Assembly: GCA_012295275.1 (NCBI GenBank)
Contig: CM022665.1
Coordinates: 45,942,001-46,006,000, forward strand
Length of the DNA: 64,000 nucleotides
Source of the DNA: Chrysomallon squamiferum
Lineage: Eukaryota; Animalia; Mollusca
Direction: 5' to 3'
Made by a program: the position numbers and the translations under genes. Positions 23,644 to 45,641 of the stretch are shown one piece after another; within the stretch, counting starts at the first letter, position 1, and the number at the start of each line of letters is the position of its first letter. Below the pieces are notes generated by a model. That model searched no databases, was not told where the DNA came from, and saw nothing but the letters and a program-made list of their open reading frames with translations.

Positions 23644-23890
23644 ACCGATCAGCGAACTCAGAGTCAAGCAAACAGCTCCTCAGGTGGGCGTGATCGAAAC
23701 CGGTGAGGATGAACAGTTTAATGACGTCAGTCAGATTCTGTGACAAAGCGAGCGACGTTGGACACGCCTCCAGAGGGACGTCCTTAGAGCATTGAAAGGT
23801 GTCAACCTGACTGTTCGCTTTGAGGAGCAGTTTGACCACGTCAAATCGCTTGTTGTACACAGCGTACAAACAAGCAGCTCCTGAGGTGAG
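23644..23890 (-). pseudogene. ASB coding fragment (YAVYNKRFDVV...SEFADR), truncated both ends
   Basis: Near-identical to 38538-38760 of the ASB gene. No start, no SOCS box, ends in an (ATTT)n run, and is followed by a short re-duplicated piece CAAGCAGCTCCTGAGGTGAG. Confidence 0.85.
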
Positions 23891-25403
23891 TTCAAAGTGG
23901 GTTATAAAACAGTGTTAACACTGGCGCAGTTTGTTTACACAACACTAAAATTATTCTTAAACTATTTCAGTTCATTTAAACTGTCTTTACTTTTCCAGAC
24001 AACCGCTCCACGTTAAATAGCGTTATCGTCCTTGATTTGTGGACATTTGACAATTGTCGCTACTGTAGAATTAATATTTTCCTGTGTGAATCTTAACATA
24101 TCGAATCAGACAACAAAACAACACCAGCAAATACCAGCTTAGCTGTTAAACTATGGAAATAAGATTAATAGCTGCAGTGATCGCTTTTCGATTACAGTCT
24201 AAGAATAAAACTGCGAAGCTACCTGTGTCTTGCTGTGCAATCCAACAAGATTAAAGTTTTTAAAATTACAGTTTATCATCGTTTGGCAATTTGGTTTATA
24301 AAATGTGGGTCAATTTGTTTTTAATTTTTTTTTAATTATTATTATTTGTTCTTCTTTTTACCTGTTCACTACGAAAAGTTAGTACTTATTTGATCAGGTA
24401 ATCTCATACATATATATATATATATATATCTGTGTATGTGTGTATATATGTATGTATGTATGTATGTTTGTATGTATGTCTGTATGTTTGTATGTATAGA
24501 CTGAGAAACATCCTCTTCTAATATTTCACCATAAAAAAGGTTTCACTGTCAAACACTTAAATTTATTCATGAAATAAATAGTTACTATTGTTTGTACATA
24601 AATATATGTATTTCCGTTAATGAATAATTTACCTAGAGTTACTTGAATGTTTCCTTCCTTCATACGTTTTGACATGCACAAAAAAAAAAAAAAAAAAAAA
24701 ATAGTTTCCTTGTTGAAAAGTCTCTTACATCCAACAAAACAACAACAACAGCAACAACAGCAACAGCAGCAGCAACAACAACAACATCAACAATAATAAA
24801 ATTATTATTATCAAAGAATTATTTTAAGCAGATCTATGAATTTATTATTAATTCGAGAGTTAATATGGCACACATTCACACGTTTATTTATTTTATCGGA
24901 GAACAGGAACTGTTTTTTTTACATCATACCTTTACGTCTTTTGCTGAAACCATATCAAAACACGCGAGAAATTGTGTTCGTTATTTTATATATTTCGCTC
25001 AGATGATAACAAAAATAAATTAAAAAAAACAACCATAAAATAATTTGGTAGCAACAAATTCTCAAATTTAAATATTGGGCAAAATTCCTAACCCCGCGGG
25101 TCGCATTTTCCCTACAGCAGATCTAGATTATTATTTTTAAAGTTATTTATTTCTGTACATTTTTAATTATGATCTCAGCACTGTAAAATAAAAATTGTGA
25201 TAAACTCTGACGTTAGTTAAAACATAATGAATAATGTAATATATATTTATAAAAGTTGTTTAAAGATATTATTAGAAAATTTTATAAATTTTTATATGAA
25301 ATAAATGACATGAACGTAACTTGATTTTATTTATTTTTATTTTGTGTTATTAATTTTTGTTTACCGTATTGGTGTATGTATTTATTTATTTATTTATTTA
25401 TTT

Positions 25404-25463
<60 letters not shown>

Positions 25464-25849
25464 TTATTTATTAAAAAAGAAAAGAAAAAGAGAAAAATGG
25501 TTCGTTTATGTTTTGTTTTTTACTCTTTTCTTTTATTACTTTCCTTTGTTTTACTTATTAAACTTCTTGTTCGGATGGCCACACCCAATGAGCTGAAAAC
25601 ACGTAACATAAATGTTCAGTCATTGTTTCTATACGTGGATTAAACACAGACAAAAACAAAAGTAAACAAACAAAAAATACACAACTCTCCCTTTCGTTTA
25701 GAATTCGTACTAATCCACGAATACAGTAAGACGCGAAGTAACAGACGAAACGTGTCTCTGTCTATGACGTAACGAATACCATCTCATTTGCATACCGTAA
25801 ACCTTCCACTTTTTACACGTAAGATTAATACAAACAGCAGCTTAAAAAT

Positions 25850-26390
25850 ATGTAGATGCTCTCCCCAACTTTTTCTAAGTTCTGTTTCTACTCAAGTATC
25901 CACGTTATATACAAATATCTTTAACATGTTAAACTGTAGTGTGTTGTAAATAAATATATGAATAATTTACTGTTGTTAGTTATACAAATTTTACAAAAAA
26001 TATTGAAAATGCCCGTCTCTAATTTTTCATGTTCTCTTTCTACTGATTTGTTACTTTGAATAAAAAGTTTACATTAAACTTTAATGTGTTATAAACAAAT
26101 ATACAAAATGCCTGTTATTAATTGTCTACCATTTACAAAAAATACTCAAAAGTCTCTACTTTTTCATGTTCTATTTCTACTAATTCAATTACTCTGAATA
26201 TAAATATCTTTTACATGTTAAACTGTAATGTGATATATATATAAATATATGAGTAATTTACTATTATTAATAAATACATATTTTAAAAATAAATATAAAA
26301 AATGCTCGCCTCTACTTTTCCAGTTCTATTTCTACTCATGCAATTACTTAGAATATAAATATCTTTAACACTTGTTAAGCTCTAATGTTA
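25850..26390. repeat. Degenerate ~145-bp tandem repeat upstream of SLC22 copy B exon 1
   Basis: Recurrent TTTTC..GTTCT.TTTCTACT at ~25870, 26025, 26161 and 26315. Inverted counterpart of 18150-18770. Confidence 0.7.
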
Positions 26391-26578
26391 TTTATTAAAA
26401 TTTTACAAAAAGTCTACGTTTTACGCTAACAGATAAAAATTGAGTTATTGGATTAATTTCGGGGTGTTTGAGCTGAAATATCCGCACTTAGACTCTACTC
26501 GGGAGAACTGAACGCTTGTTTTTCAGCGAGGCATTCTAGAATTTCTTCTCAGCTTTGGAACTGTCATTAAAAAACACC

Positions 26579-35555
<8,977 letters not shown>

Positions 35556-36397
35556 CCATCACGCGATGGGGCCAGACATAATAGAAGATTTTATTTACAG
35601 TGTGTATTATACACTGTTATGTACGTTCTAAATAATAAACATTTAACAGATTTTGCTTTATGCTTTATATTTTGCAGTAAAAATATCGTTGTCTGATTGT
35701 TATTCTTTGAAACTTTGTGTTTGTTCTCGTTATTCGCTTGTTATATATATTAATTAATATTTTAATATAGCGAAACATCAGAACGAACACCGGACTGTGT
35801 AATCAAAACTATATCGATGGATATTACTTTACAAATATCTCATAATAATTATCTGTGCTTAATATATATATATTACATTAATGCTACTGGCAGCTTTGTA
35901 GTTGTTTATTCAATACTTATAAAGGTAAACAAACGAAGATGGGTACTTAAATGGTGAAGTTGTCTGTTTGTCAATCTAAAAACGAAATATCATCTTGAAA
36001 GACAGGAAAACGAAAGTCTTATGTACATCTGTTTGGATTTGTTATTTTATTGTCATTCTTTATTATTAACTAAGTCTGTTTCCTAGTGCCACATAAGCAT
36101 TCTGTATAGAAGAATACAAACTAAATTAGGATGGAATCATTATTTTATAAGTGTCTCGTTTTTTTTTATTTTGTGTGCCTTTTATATAAACATACATACT
36201 TTTGAATATAAATTTTCTGTGTGGGATAACAGTAGTGATAATGATAATGATGAGTATGAAAATATAACGTCATGAAAGAATGAAAGCATGAACAAACCAG
36301 AAAGGTAGATAGAAAGATGGTAGAGAGGAGATAGATGGAGAGAGAGAGAGAGAGTCAGAGATAGAGTATAGAGAGAAACAGGGAATATCAGAGAGAT

Positions 36398-36452
<55 letters not shown>

Positions 36453-37151
36453 AAAAAAGACTTAGAAGTGAGAAGAAATAGAAATAGAGAAGACAGACAG
36501 ACAGAGTGAAAAAAATAATAATAAAAAAGTTAACACAAATAAAATGAATGTTTTGTAAAAAATTTAACGTCTGTTAAAACTCAAACACAAAAAGTGTAAA
36601 AAAAAAAAAATAATAATAAAATATAAAAAAAAAAATAAATTAAATAAAAAAAACCAAAAACAAGAAACCCCCCCCCAAAAAAAAAAAAAAATAAAGAAGA
36701 AAAAAGAATGTAGATAATAATTATCCAAAAACAACTTTATCAGTGCCCTTTGCTTCATTCTTTCTTCTTTTATATATATACATGTCTCACTGTAACTTTA
36801 TAACACAGGTAGCGAAAGTTTTTTTTTTTTTGTCCTAGTTGTTGTTACCACACGTCGATTATCTGTCCTTTCACTGTTTATTTTTGATTCAGTGCTTTTA
36901 ATGCGCGCCATGACGAAGTGTCATACACATCACTTCTCTCTGTTGACGTACAATTACCGTCAATTCAACGTTTGTTACAACAAAAAACCCACACACAGGG
37001 TTAATTACAGGTCATTGCCTGACACCCCTTAACGCTCACCGTAACCATAGCAATATGAATAACAATCAAGGATGCTATCTCGCCTGTAATAAAAAAAAAA
37101 AAAAACACACGGCAGAAACAAAACAAAATTTTGACAGAGAAACAAAAACAT

Positions 37152-37320
37152 CTTCCAGACTGATTTATTTTCTTTTATATTTATATATCTAGACATTTTA
37201 TTATTTCCTATAAATCTTACATAATATTCTTCCAGACTGATTTTTTTTTTATATATATTTATATACCTAGACATTTTATTATTTCTTATAAACCATACAT
37301 AATTTTCTTACAGACTGATT
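37152..37320. repeat. ~77-bp tandem repeat (2 full plus 1 partial) at a deletion junction
   Basis: CTTCCAGACTGATTT...CTAGACATTTTATTATTTC.TATAAA...ACATAAT repeated at ~37152 and ~37229, with a partial third copy at ~37307. Confidence 0.7.
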
Positions 37321-38352
37321 TCTGTAAAGGTTGCTAAATTCAATATTTTGTAAATAACTTAACATCTATTAAGAAAAAAAAATCAGCTCTTCATAATAAT
37401 ATTCATATAAGCTAGTCATGCAAGACAAACTGCATATATACAATAGTGGTGGATATTAAACGTTTCATATAAATTAAGTGTTATGCTTGATAGGAGGATG
37501 GCTATAATTCCATTTATATTTTAAATAGGGCTGTATATAATATTTCTAATAAAGTTGTGCATGCAAAATAATGAGAAAACTATGATATATCACTATTTCT
37601 CAAAAAATTTGAGAAATTAACTAGAACATTAGAGCTACGAATATTTAACAACAAAAAAAAAAAAATAATAATAATAATAATAATAATAATTTCAAACTTT
37701 TCTATCCTTAGTACAATGTGTCGGATACATTCATAAAAAAAATTAAAAAATAAGAAATAATTCAACAACGAATGTACACAAACAGCGACACCAGAGGTGA
37801 AATCCTTTTAAAGGAATCTTATTTAACAAATAATTGTGCGTAGAACGATTCCGTGTGGAATTTAATACATGGTAAACAGTTTGTGCAAACACCGATGTGT
37901 GTCGGTTTTAATATTCGAAAATATTGATCACTCTGTTGAGGGTATAATCATATTAAAACGTTAACACTATGAAGTTTAGAAATTTATTTAAAATGTGTAA
38001 AGAAACTGCATTTTAAACTTTTCTTTTAATCCAAGAAACAAACAAACAAACAAACAAACAACAACAAAACAAAACAAAAACAGTAAGAAACACACAAACA
38101 AAATACATACACAAAATGCACTGACAGGTTTTAAATGGTACGGGATTAATCAAACTTGAACCGCAAGTGAAGCCCACTTCAGTGCTCGACTTGTGACATA
38201 AACTGTCCAAATATTCACTTACAGACAATGGACCGAGTTAATTTAATGCGGTGAGTTTAATATCGGTTATAAAACAGTGTTAAGACTGGAGCAGTTTTTG
38301 CACAAATTATTCAAAGAAAGGCACACGTTTTGATAAACTACAAACGACAGTG

Positions 38353-39582
38353 TCAGTGGTCATCATCCAGTTCTTTAAGGAAGAGAAACTCTCGAAGACC
38401 TTTAGGAATTGGCAGACTGTGCAGATTGTGCATCAGCAGTCGTCCTTGGTGATGCCTGATCCACTTCCTACAGAGCTGTTTGAGAGAGAGGACGCTGTTG
38501 GCTTGTCTCAGCCAGTCCGAGAGGTCCTCGCTCTGGAACCGATCAGCGAACTCAGAGTCAAACAAACAGCTCCTCAGGTGGGCGTGATCGAAACCGGTGA
38601 GGATAAACAGTTTGATGACGTCAGTCAGATTCTGTGACAAGGCGAGCGACGTTGGACACGCCTCCAGAGGGACGTCCTTAGAGCACTGAAAGGTGTCTAC
38701 CTGACTGTTCGCTTTGAGGAGCAGCTTGACCACGTTAAATCGCTTATTGTACACAGCGTACCACAGAGGCGTGTGAAACAGCTTGTCGTACAAGTTGACG
38801 TCCGCTCCGGCTTCTATCAGGTCCTCGATGCAGTCGGCGTGACCTTTCAAGGACAGTATGTGTAGAGGTGTTCTTCTCACAGAAGCGTTGGCAATGTTAA
38901 CGTCACTGTTTGCACGTGCCAGTAATCTAACGACGACAGAAAAACCTTCGGTAGCCGCCAGCAGGAGTGGCGTGTTGTTGTCCAGGTCGCAGATGTTGGG
39001 GTCTGCGCCGTACGACAGCAGCTGTTCTATGGCCATTGCTCTCTGGGCCGCGTGGTGCAGTGCTGTGCGCCCCTGTTTGTCCACGTGGTTGACGTTGCAT
39101 CCCGATTCCAGCAGAATGCGCAGAGCATTGTACTGTTTGTTTTTCACTGCGTGGATCAGAGCGGTGCATCCTTCTGAATCTCGCGCGTTCACGTTAGCAC
39201 CACGTGACAGCAGAGCCTCGAGACATTCGTCGTACCCGAGTTTGGCGGCGATGTGAATCGGAGTATTCCGTCCGTTTCCGTAGACGTTCGCGTTACTCTT
39301 CGCTTCCAGTAGCAATTTTGTCGCCGCTGCCTGGTTTGACGTCACAGAAATGTACAGAGGTGTATTTCCATTGGCGTCCTCGCAAGTAATGACGTTACAT
39401 CCGGCTTCTAGAAAACAGGACAAGCACTCAACGTGACCTAGTTTGGCGGACTGGAAGAGAGCATGGTTCAAATCTCTCTGACTGATTGACTGCGGAACTG
39501 TTAGAAGTAACTTCAACATTCGAATATCGTTATTTTGAACAGACTCCAGAATTCTACAAATAATAATAATAATAGTAACAAC

Positions 39583-39628
<46 letters not shown>

Positions 39629-39678
39629 GTAATAATAATAATAATAATAATAGTAATAGTAATAGTAATAATAATAAA

Positions 39679-39731
<53 letters not shown>

Positions 39732-39896
39732 CTGAAATTAATAATTTTTATTATTATATATTTTCGCTTAAAGAAATAATGATACTAAAATTTAAAATGG
39801 TGTAACAATGCTGAGTGGAGTGGAAAATTCCGAAATTTCAATTTTGTGTTAATTTAATTTATTTATTTATTTATTTATTTATTTAATTTGTTGTTG

Positions 39897-39964
<68 letters not shown>

Positions 39965-39984
39965 GTTGTTGTTATTACGAATAC

Positions 39985-40030
<46 letters not shown>

Positions 40031-40554
40031 TTATTATATTTTATTATTTTTTTTTTTTTTTTTTACAAAAACGCAGATTTTTGACAAGGAATTTGCTTTA
40101 ACATAAACTTAAAAGTTGAAAGCTGGAGAGAAAAAAAAGATGTTATTTTAAAAAGATGAAAAATAAATAAATAAATATCATGTAATAAAAAGTTCAGAGT
40201 GATTTATATAATAATAATAATAATAATAAGTAAATACGATAATTATGTTTTCGGTTTGTTATTGGTTAAACAAAAAAAAAAGGGAGTAATATTTACATTA
40301 CTTATATAATGTTATTATTCCGTGTATTACTACAGTTACTACTACTACTGCTGCAACTGCTATAATGTAAAGACGATGTTACGAAGAGAGCTTCATTCGC
40401 TTGGGCTATAAGAGTTATCTGTCTATGAAACTGGACACCGTGTATTCTTCAGATATCTGCAGAAAAGTTATCTCGCACTTCATGCATTAAACAACACTTT
40501 TATCCGATAAAGTGGCATTTACATATCTACACACAATATAATTTACCTGGCCAT
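38353..40554 (-). CDS. Ankyrin repeat and SOCS box (ASB) protein, ~402 aa
   Basis: Main exon 39553-38353 (acceptor tttgtag) carries ~7-8 ankyrin repeats (GNTPLY, RNTPIHIAA, GCTALIHA, GRTALHHAA, NNTPLLLAA, RRTPLHILS, FHTPLWYA) and a C-terminal SOCS box SLKQLCRKWIR...LHSLPIPKGLREFL. A probable upstream exon contributes ATGGCCAG|GTAAAT (40554-40547), giving MARILESVQNNDIRMLKLLL. The start assignment is less certain than the domain call. Confidence 0.9.
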
Positions 40555-40773
40555 TGCAAGCTCTAGCCAATTTAACAACAGGCATCGAGCTTTCGGCAGA
40601 AATTCAGGTTTTCACTTCCAGAAGTTTTTCTCTGGTTTTTCGTCGTCTTCACCGACTTTTGTAATGGAAGTATTCCAAATTATAAAGGGAAGCAACTCTT
40701 ATAACTGGTGCTAATTATAATGAGAAACAGAGTAATCGTCGTTACTGCAGTTTTTATTATGATGATGATGATG

Positions 40774-40815
<42 letters not shown>

Positions 40816-41686
40816 AATTCCATTGTGTGTGTATTTGTGCGTGCGTCGTTAGAAAAGCTACATAATTTAAACATGCAGAAAGCAATGGAATATAAACCGA
40901 ACGATTACAATGGCGGATCCGTAATGTTAAAAGAATGGCAAATAATTCCGTGCAGTGAAAGTTTACAGATTAAAATGTGCGCCAACTCCAAATTTGCTAG
41001 TGCTGCATAGAAAAATAGCTGCTGTGGAATTATTTATTAAATGTTGTGTCAATAAAATAAATAAATAAATAAACAAATAAATAAATAAAATAAAAGAATT
41101 TAAATGAGTTACATAATTTTGTTTCCGTCAGCTCCGAAAAGATAAGAAGAAGAAGAAGAAGAAGAAGAACAAGAGCAAGAAGAAAAAGAAGAAGAAAATT
41201 TGTTCAACCATTCATTAGCAGAATATTTTTTATTTAACTGTAGTTAAAAACTGTACAAAAAAGTATGAAAATAATAATATATTTTGTTTACGCTTCAGTT
41301 CCACGAACTTCTGTTTTTGTTGGGTGGTGAGGACTGTTTTTCTTTTTTTTTTTTATTCGTTTTTTTTATGATCTACAGTAAAGTTAGTCGCAATAGTTAC
41401 TGTATTTCATTACACCGAATAAAACAGTTATTTGATGAAAAATTTATATCTAATGATACTTCATTTGAACATCATTTTTATTATTTTTCATTTAACTTTC
41501 CAGTCGTACAGAATTAGATTTAGGCATAAACAAATTACAATTTCAGTCCAGTTGTATTTTTTGTTGTTTTTTTTCATTTTCTGCACAGTTTGTTACAGTT
41601 CAAGGCGTGACTGTCATAAACCGGTTCTGAAATCATTGCTGTATAAATTCTATCACTTTTTTTTTTAAACCCTCTCTTGAAGATGG

Positions 41687-42289
41687 TTACTTGTTTGTAG
41701 TATATTTACAATTGTATCGTAAAGTCGGAAACTCGACCATTTTGGGCTTTTTTGCTGACATTTTTCGGTTTGTGTTGTTCTTTCCCGCCATCGCCTCAAA
41801 CTGCTCCTGAAGTCTTTGGATTGCGTCCCCTTGGGAAAACATTGTCGCCTCCAGTGACGCTGTTCTCTGCGACAGTTTCGTGTTCTGCTCTTTAACGTTT
41901 TTTATTTCTACCTGCTGTTCTTTATTCTGCCTTGTTTGTTTGTCGATATCTCTCTTAGCGACAAGCAGCTTACGTTCCAGATCCAGTGTCCTTTTTTCCA
42001 GTTGTTTTATCTTCATCTGGGCTTCTTGCAGCCTCTGGTCTTTCCCTTTCAACTGCTCGGTGAGAATCTGAATCTTCAGGTCCTTCTCCTTGTTCTGTTC
42101 AGTCAGCTCCTGCATTCGACCGAAGGTCACACTCTTCACTTCTTCCAGTTCCAGTTTGATCGCCGCAATTTCTTCTTCTGGGGATTCTATATCAATCGGG
42201 CCCAGTTTCCCTTCTATCTTTGTCAGCCGCCTGCTCAGCACCTCCCAGGCATTTTCCACGAGTCGGAGTCTGTCGCTGGGGGCTGACAT
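41687..42289 (-). CDS. Coiled-coil ORF, probable C-terminal half of a CARD-coiled-coil protein
   Basis: 200-aa ORF with heptad-rich E/K/Q/L sequence (IAAIKLELEEVK...LQEAQMKIKQLEKRTLDLERKL...). Coding-like GC content. Overlaps the CARD ORF in a different frame. Confidence 0.7.
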   Translation of the reverse strand: MSAPSDRLRLVENAWEVLSRRLTKIEGKLGPIDIESPEEEIAAIKLELEEVKSVTFGRMQELTEQNKEKDLKIQILTEQLKGKDQRLQEAQMKIKQLEKRTLDLERKLLVAKRDIDKQTRQNKEQQVEIKNVKEQNTKLSQRTASLEATMFSQGDAIQRLQEQFEAMAGKNNTNRKMSAKKPKMVEFPTLRYNCKYTTNK

Positions 42290-42627
42290 TCCGGCAGGTA
42301 GCTAGTCACGGGCTCGAGTTCGCCTTCGTACATCTGGAGCTTGGCTGCCAGGTCTGCGTAGCCCTGCACCTGAAGGGCTTGCACGAAATGGGTGAACGCC
42401 TCCGTGCCGCGGTTGTGCAGAATATCCAGCAGACTTCGAGTCCGCTCGCGACGCGTGGTGCCCAGCCGCAGGATTTCGTCCTTGTCGTTGTAGTCGATGA
42501 TGTTCACGGAGTAAAGATACGGCACCAGGTCCTTGGCGTCGACCTCGTTTTCAATTCGGACGGAGAATGTTTTGATGCATTGCATGTCCAGGTCCCTCAT
42601 GGGACCGCGTTTCACAGAGTTCGGCAT
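42235..42627 (-). CDS. CARD (death-fold) domain ORF
   Basis: VDAKDLVPYLYSVNIIDYNDKDEI...TRRERTRSLLDILHNRGTEAFTHFVQALQVQGYADLAAKL matches the CARD pattern (LLDxLxxRGxxAFxxFxxAL). Acceptor ctttacag at 42654-42653, 25 nt upstream of the ATG. Confidence 0.8.
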   Translation of the reverse strand: MPNSVKRGPMRDLDMQCIKTFSVRIENEVDAKDLVPYLYSVNIIDYNDKDEILRLGTTRRERTRSLLDILHNRGTEAFTHFVQALQVQGYADLAAKLQMYEGELEPVTSYLPECQPPATDSDSWKMPGRC

Positions 42628-44990
42628 TTTGACATCACTGCCTCCGCTGCTTCTGTAAAGACAAGTAGTAAAATAGAGAAGAAAAATTAAAAACAGGAAT
42701 AGTTCGTGTTATATGTCTTGCAGGCCAGTTATTTCGTTTCTCATCAACACACCCATACGCACACATTCACACACACACAGAACGATAATAAATCCACGAA
42801 AAAAAAAAAATAAAAATAAAATAAAATAAAAAAAATACATAAATAAATAATGTTTTGACTAATAATAACAATTTTTTGAAACTTTAAAAACTAAACTAAA
42901 CTTTAAAAAATAAATTTATTAATTAATTAAAAATAAATAATACATAAATTGTTTACTGGATAAAGATGTCGTCTGCTCCCGAAAAAGGAAGTAAATTAAT
43001 ATTTCCGTTTCCGAATTAATCAAACTACGTCATCATATAAACATCTATTGGACTATTTCCAACCAAAATTAATTTTAACCCAAATAAATAAATAAATAAA
43101 AATATAAATAAATAAATAAATAAATAAATAAGTAAATAAATAAATAAATAATGTTCGAAAAAAAAAAAAAAATGATTAATCACATAATGATGACTCTCAG
43201 GTCAGTGTAATAATAATCAAATGTGTGGCATCTCGTTTTCTAAATTAATCTACTTATGTTATATATCATGAGAAATAATATGAATTTTCAGTAACAAGGC
43301 TGAGAGCAGGTGTGTTTCTCTTCCTGTTATTGTTGTTTTTATATTTTAAATTTGATGTTTTTTTTTTTTTTTATCAAAGGAGTGCAGGAAAACATTTATA
43401 AAATCGTAGATGTAAGTTAAATAACGAAGAAAGAGGTTATCATTGTTTATTATTATTATTTTTTTATTATTATTTTTATTTATTTATTTATTTATTTTTT
43501 TATTATTATTTTTTTATTTTTTTTTTTTTTTATTATTATTTTTTGGTTAGGTTTGGTTTGGTCTCCTCTAGTTTGGTTTGGTTTTGGTTTTGATTTGTTT
43601 TATTTTATTTAAAAATAATAATTAAAATGAAAATAACGGAATTCCACAATTTACAAGTTTAACTGAACGTAAAAAGCTATATAACGGTTGTTCATTCAGT
43701 GACGTAAAGACCATTGATTCAAACAATCGGCTATTAGTGACTACAGTTTAAGTTTTTTCATAAGCGTTTTCAGTGAATTTCGACAAACCACTTTACGTTC
43801 ACGCATTACGTCATCGACGTAGTTAAATCGTAAATCTCTGAACACAGGTTACAGCTAAAATAAGCGGATTAGGAAAATAAAATGTATATTATGTTTTAAC
43901 CAAAGAGATCTGTAGAGAAACAAGCTGGTGGCTTTTTGTTTCTGGTAAAAAAAAAAAAAATTAAACAATTTTAAATAATTAAATGATAGGATAGAAAAGC
44001 TGTAGGAACTTAAATGTTGACACCTTTCGCAGATTCTACCTAGATTTTTTTTTTTTTTTTTATAATTCTCTCTATAAAGATTATTATACAGCTCGATTTA
44101 AATATGAAAAAAATAATAATAAAAGCTGGTTAGTGTTTGTCGTTATAAAAAAAATTCCCGTTTCGGCAGACGTAAATTATACGAACTAAGATTAAATTTA
44201 ATAAGTGATTCGTCTTAAACTAAGACAGATATTACTGATATCTCACCAGTATAACATTTAGCTATATATATATATATATATATATATTAAACTAGTAGTA
44301 ACGGTAATAAGTGTATTATATTACCACAAAATGCCTGAACAGCTTATATATATATATATCTGATTCAGCAATATCATTAACATCGACCAAAGAAGGAAGT
44401 AATATTGAGGTGTATTAACCACTTTGTGGTTTTCTACTATATTATTTAACAACTGAATTTCTGGAAGATGCTACAAATATCAAGCCAAAACAAAATCACG
44501 ACAGTTAACTGCTAACTTATTTCAAACAGTCGATTAAAAACATCAAAACTTACCTAAGACACAAGTTTCAAAACATAGTAGTCCACGCTATTTCCATGCT
44601 CTAGTTGCTCAAATGACAAAATATGACTTGTCTTTGTTTGGACGTTAACAAAAATAATGACTCGACAGTAACGTTGCTGGTAATCCAAGCCTGGCTTAGT
44701 AATTTGCTATTCGAGGTTACAACTGACTGTTCATGCTGATCTAAAGTTGATAAATTTGTTACGAGAGCTCCGCTTAAGACCATTTCACAAAGAAGTGTAT
44801 AGCACGTGATTCAGATAAGGTATATAACAGATTGATACTCTTCAGTAGTTATTCAGTCTTATTTTAAATCTGAGGCCATTAATTTGCTAACCGACCACCA
44901 GTGTTAATTGTAATGTAACACCTATGTGATTTGGTGGTTTAATCCATAGTATAATAGATATATGTGTGTGTGCGTATGTTTCCGTGTGAA

Positions 44991-45022
<32 letters not shown>

Positions 45023-45610
45023 ACTTTTGACAAGTATTTGAATAAGAGCACCCCATATATTATAAATAATTATTATTATTACTATTTTATTTTTATTTAC
45101 TTATTTATTTTATTTTATTTTATTTTTTTAAATTTTTAAAAGATATTTTAGCCAGTGATTATGATTAATTCATCTCAATTTGTTCTACGTCACATATTTT
45201 TAAAATTTACTGTCATTTAGGTCGGATTTGTGTGTGTGTATTTGTGTGCGTTATGAAATAACTGCCTATAATACGTGTTAATCCTTTTATATAGTTAATT
45301 TAAAGCCATGAATTAAAAACAAGTGAAATATCAGTAAGTGAGGTCTCCTGGAAGCAATTTTGCAATGGCTCAGCTTAACGGTTTTCTTCTCATGTTATAT
45401 TTGAAGAAATCGCATCACAGGTGTGTCGACCAAAACTGCACCAAGATCCATGTTTTATAACCATAACTTGCCCTGTGTGTTTCTCTGTACGTTTTTTTGT
45501 TTATTTATTTATTTATTTATTATTATTATTATTATATTTTATTCTATGTTATTATTTTTTTATATTTTTTTTATTTATTTTTTTATTTTATTTTTATTTT
45601 TATTTTTTTA

Positions 45611-45641
<31 letters not shown>

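Noticed and set aside
38350-39389. Plus-strand and alternate-frame ORFs over ASB (and 41880-42690 over the CARD/coiled-coil locus)
   Set aside because: Shadow ORFs of real GC-rich coding sequence.
39820-39840. NF-kB-like sites (TGGAAAATTCC; GGAATTCC at ~43638) near the ASB/CARD genes
   Set aside because: Imperfect short matches expected by chance in 64 kb.
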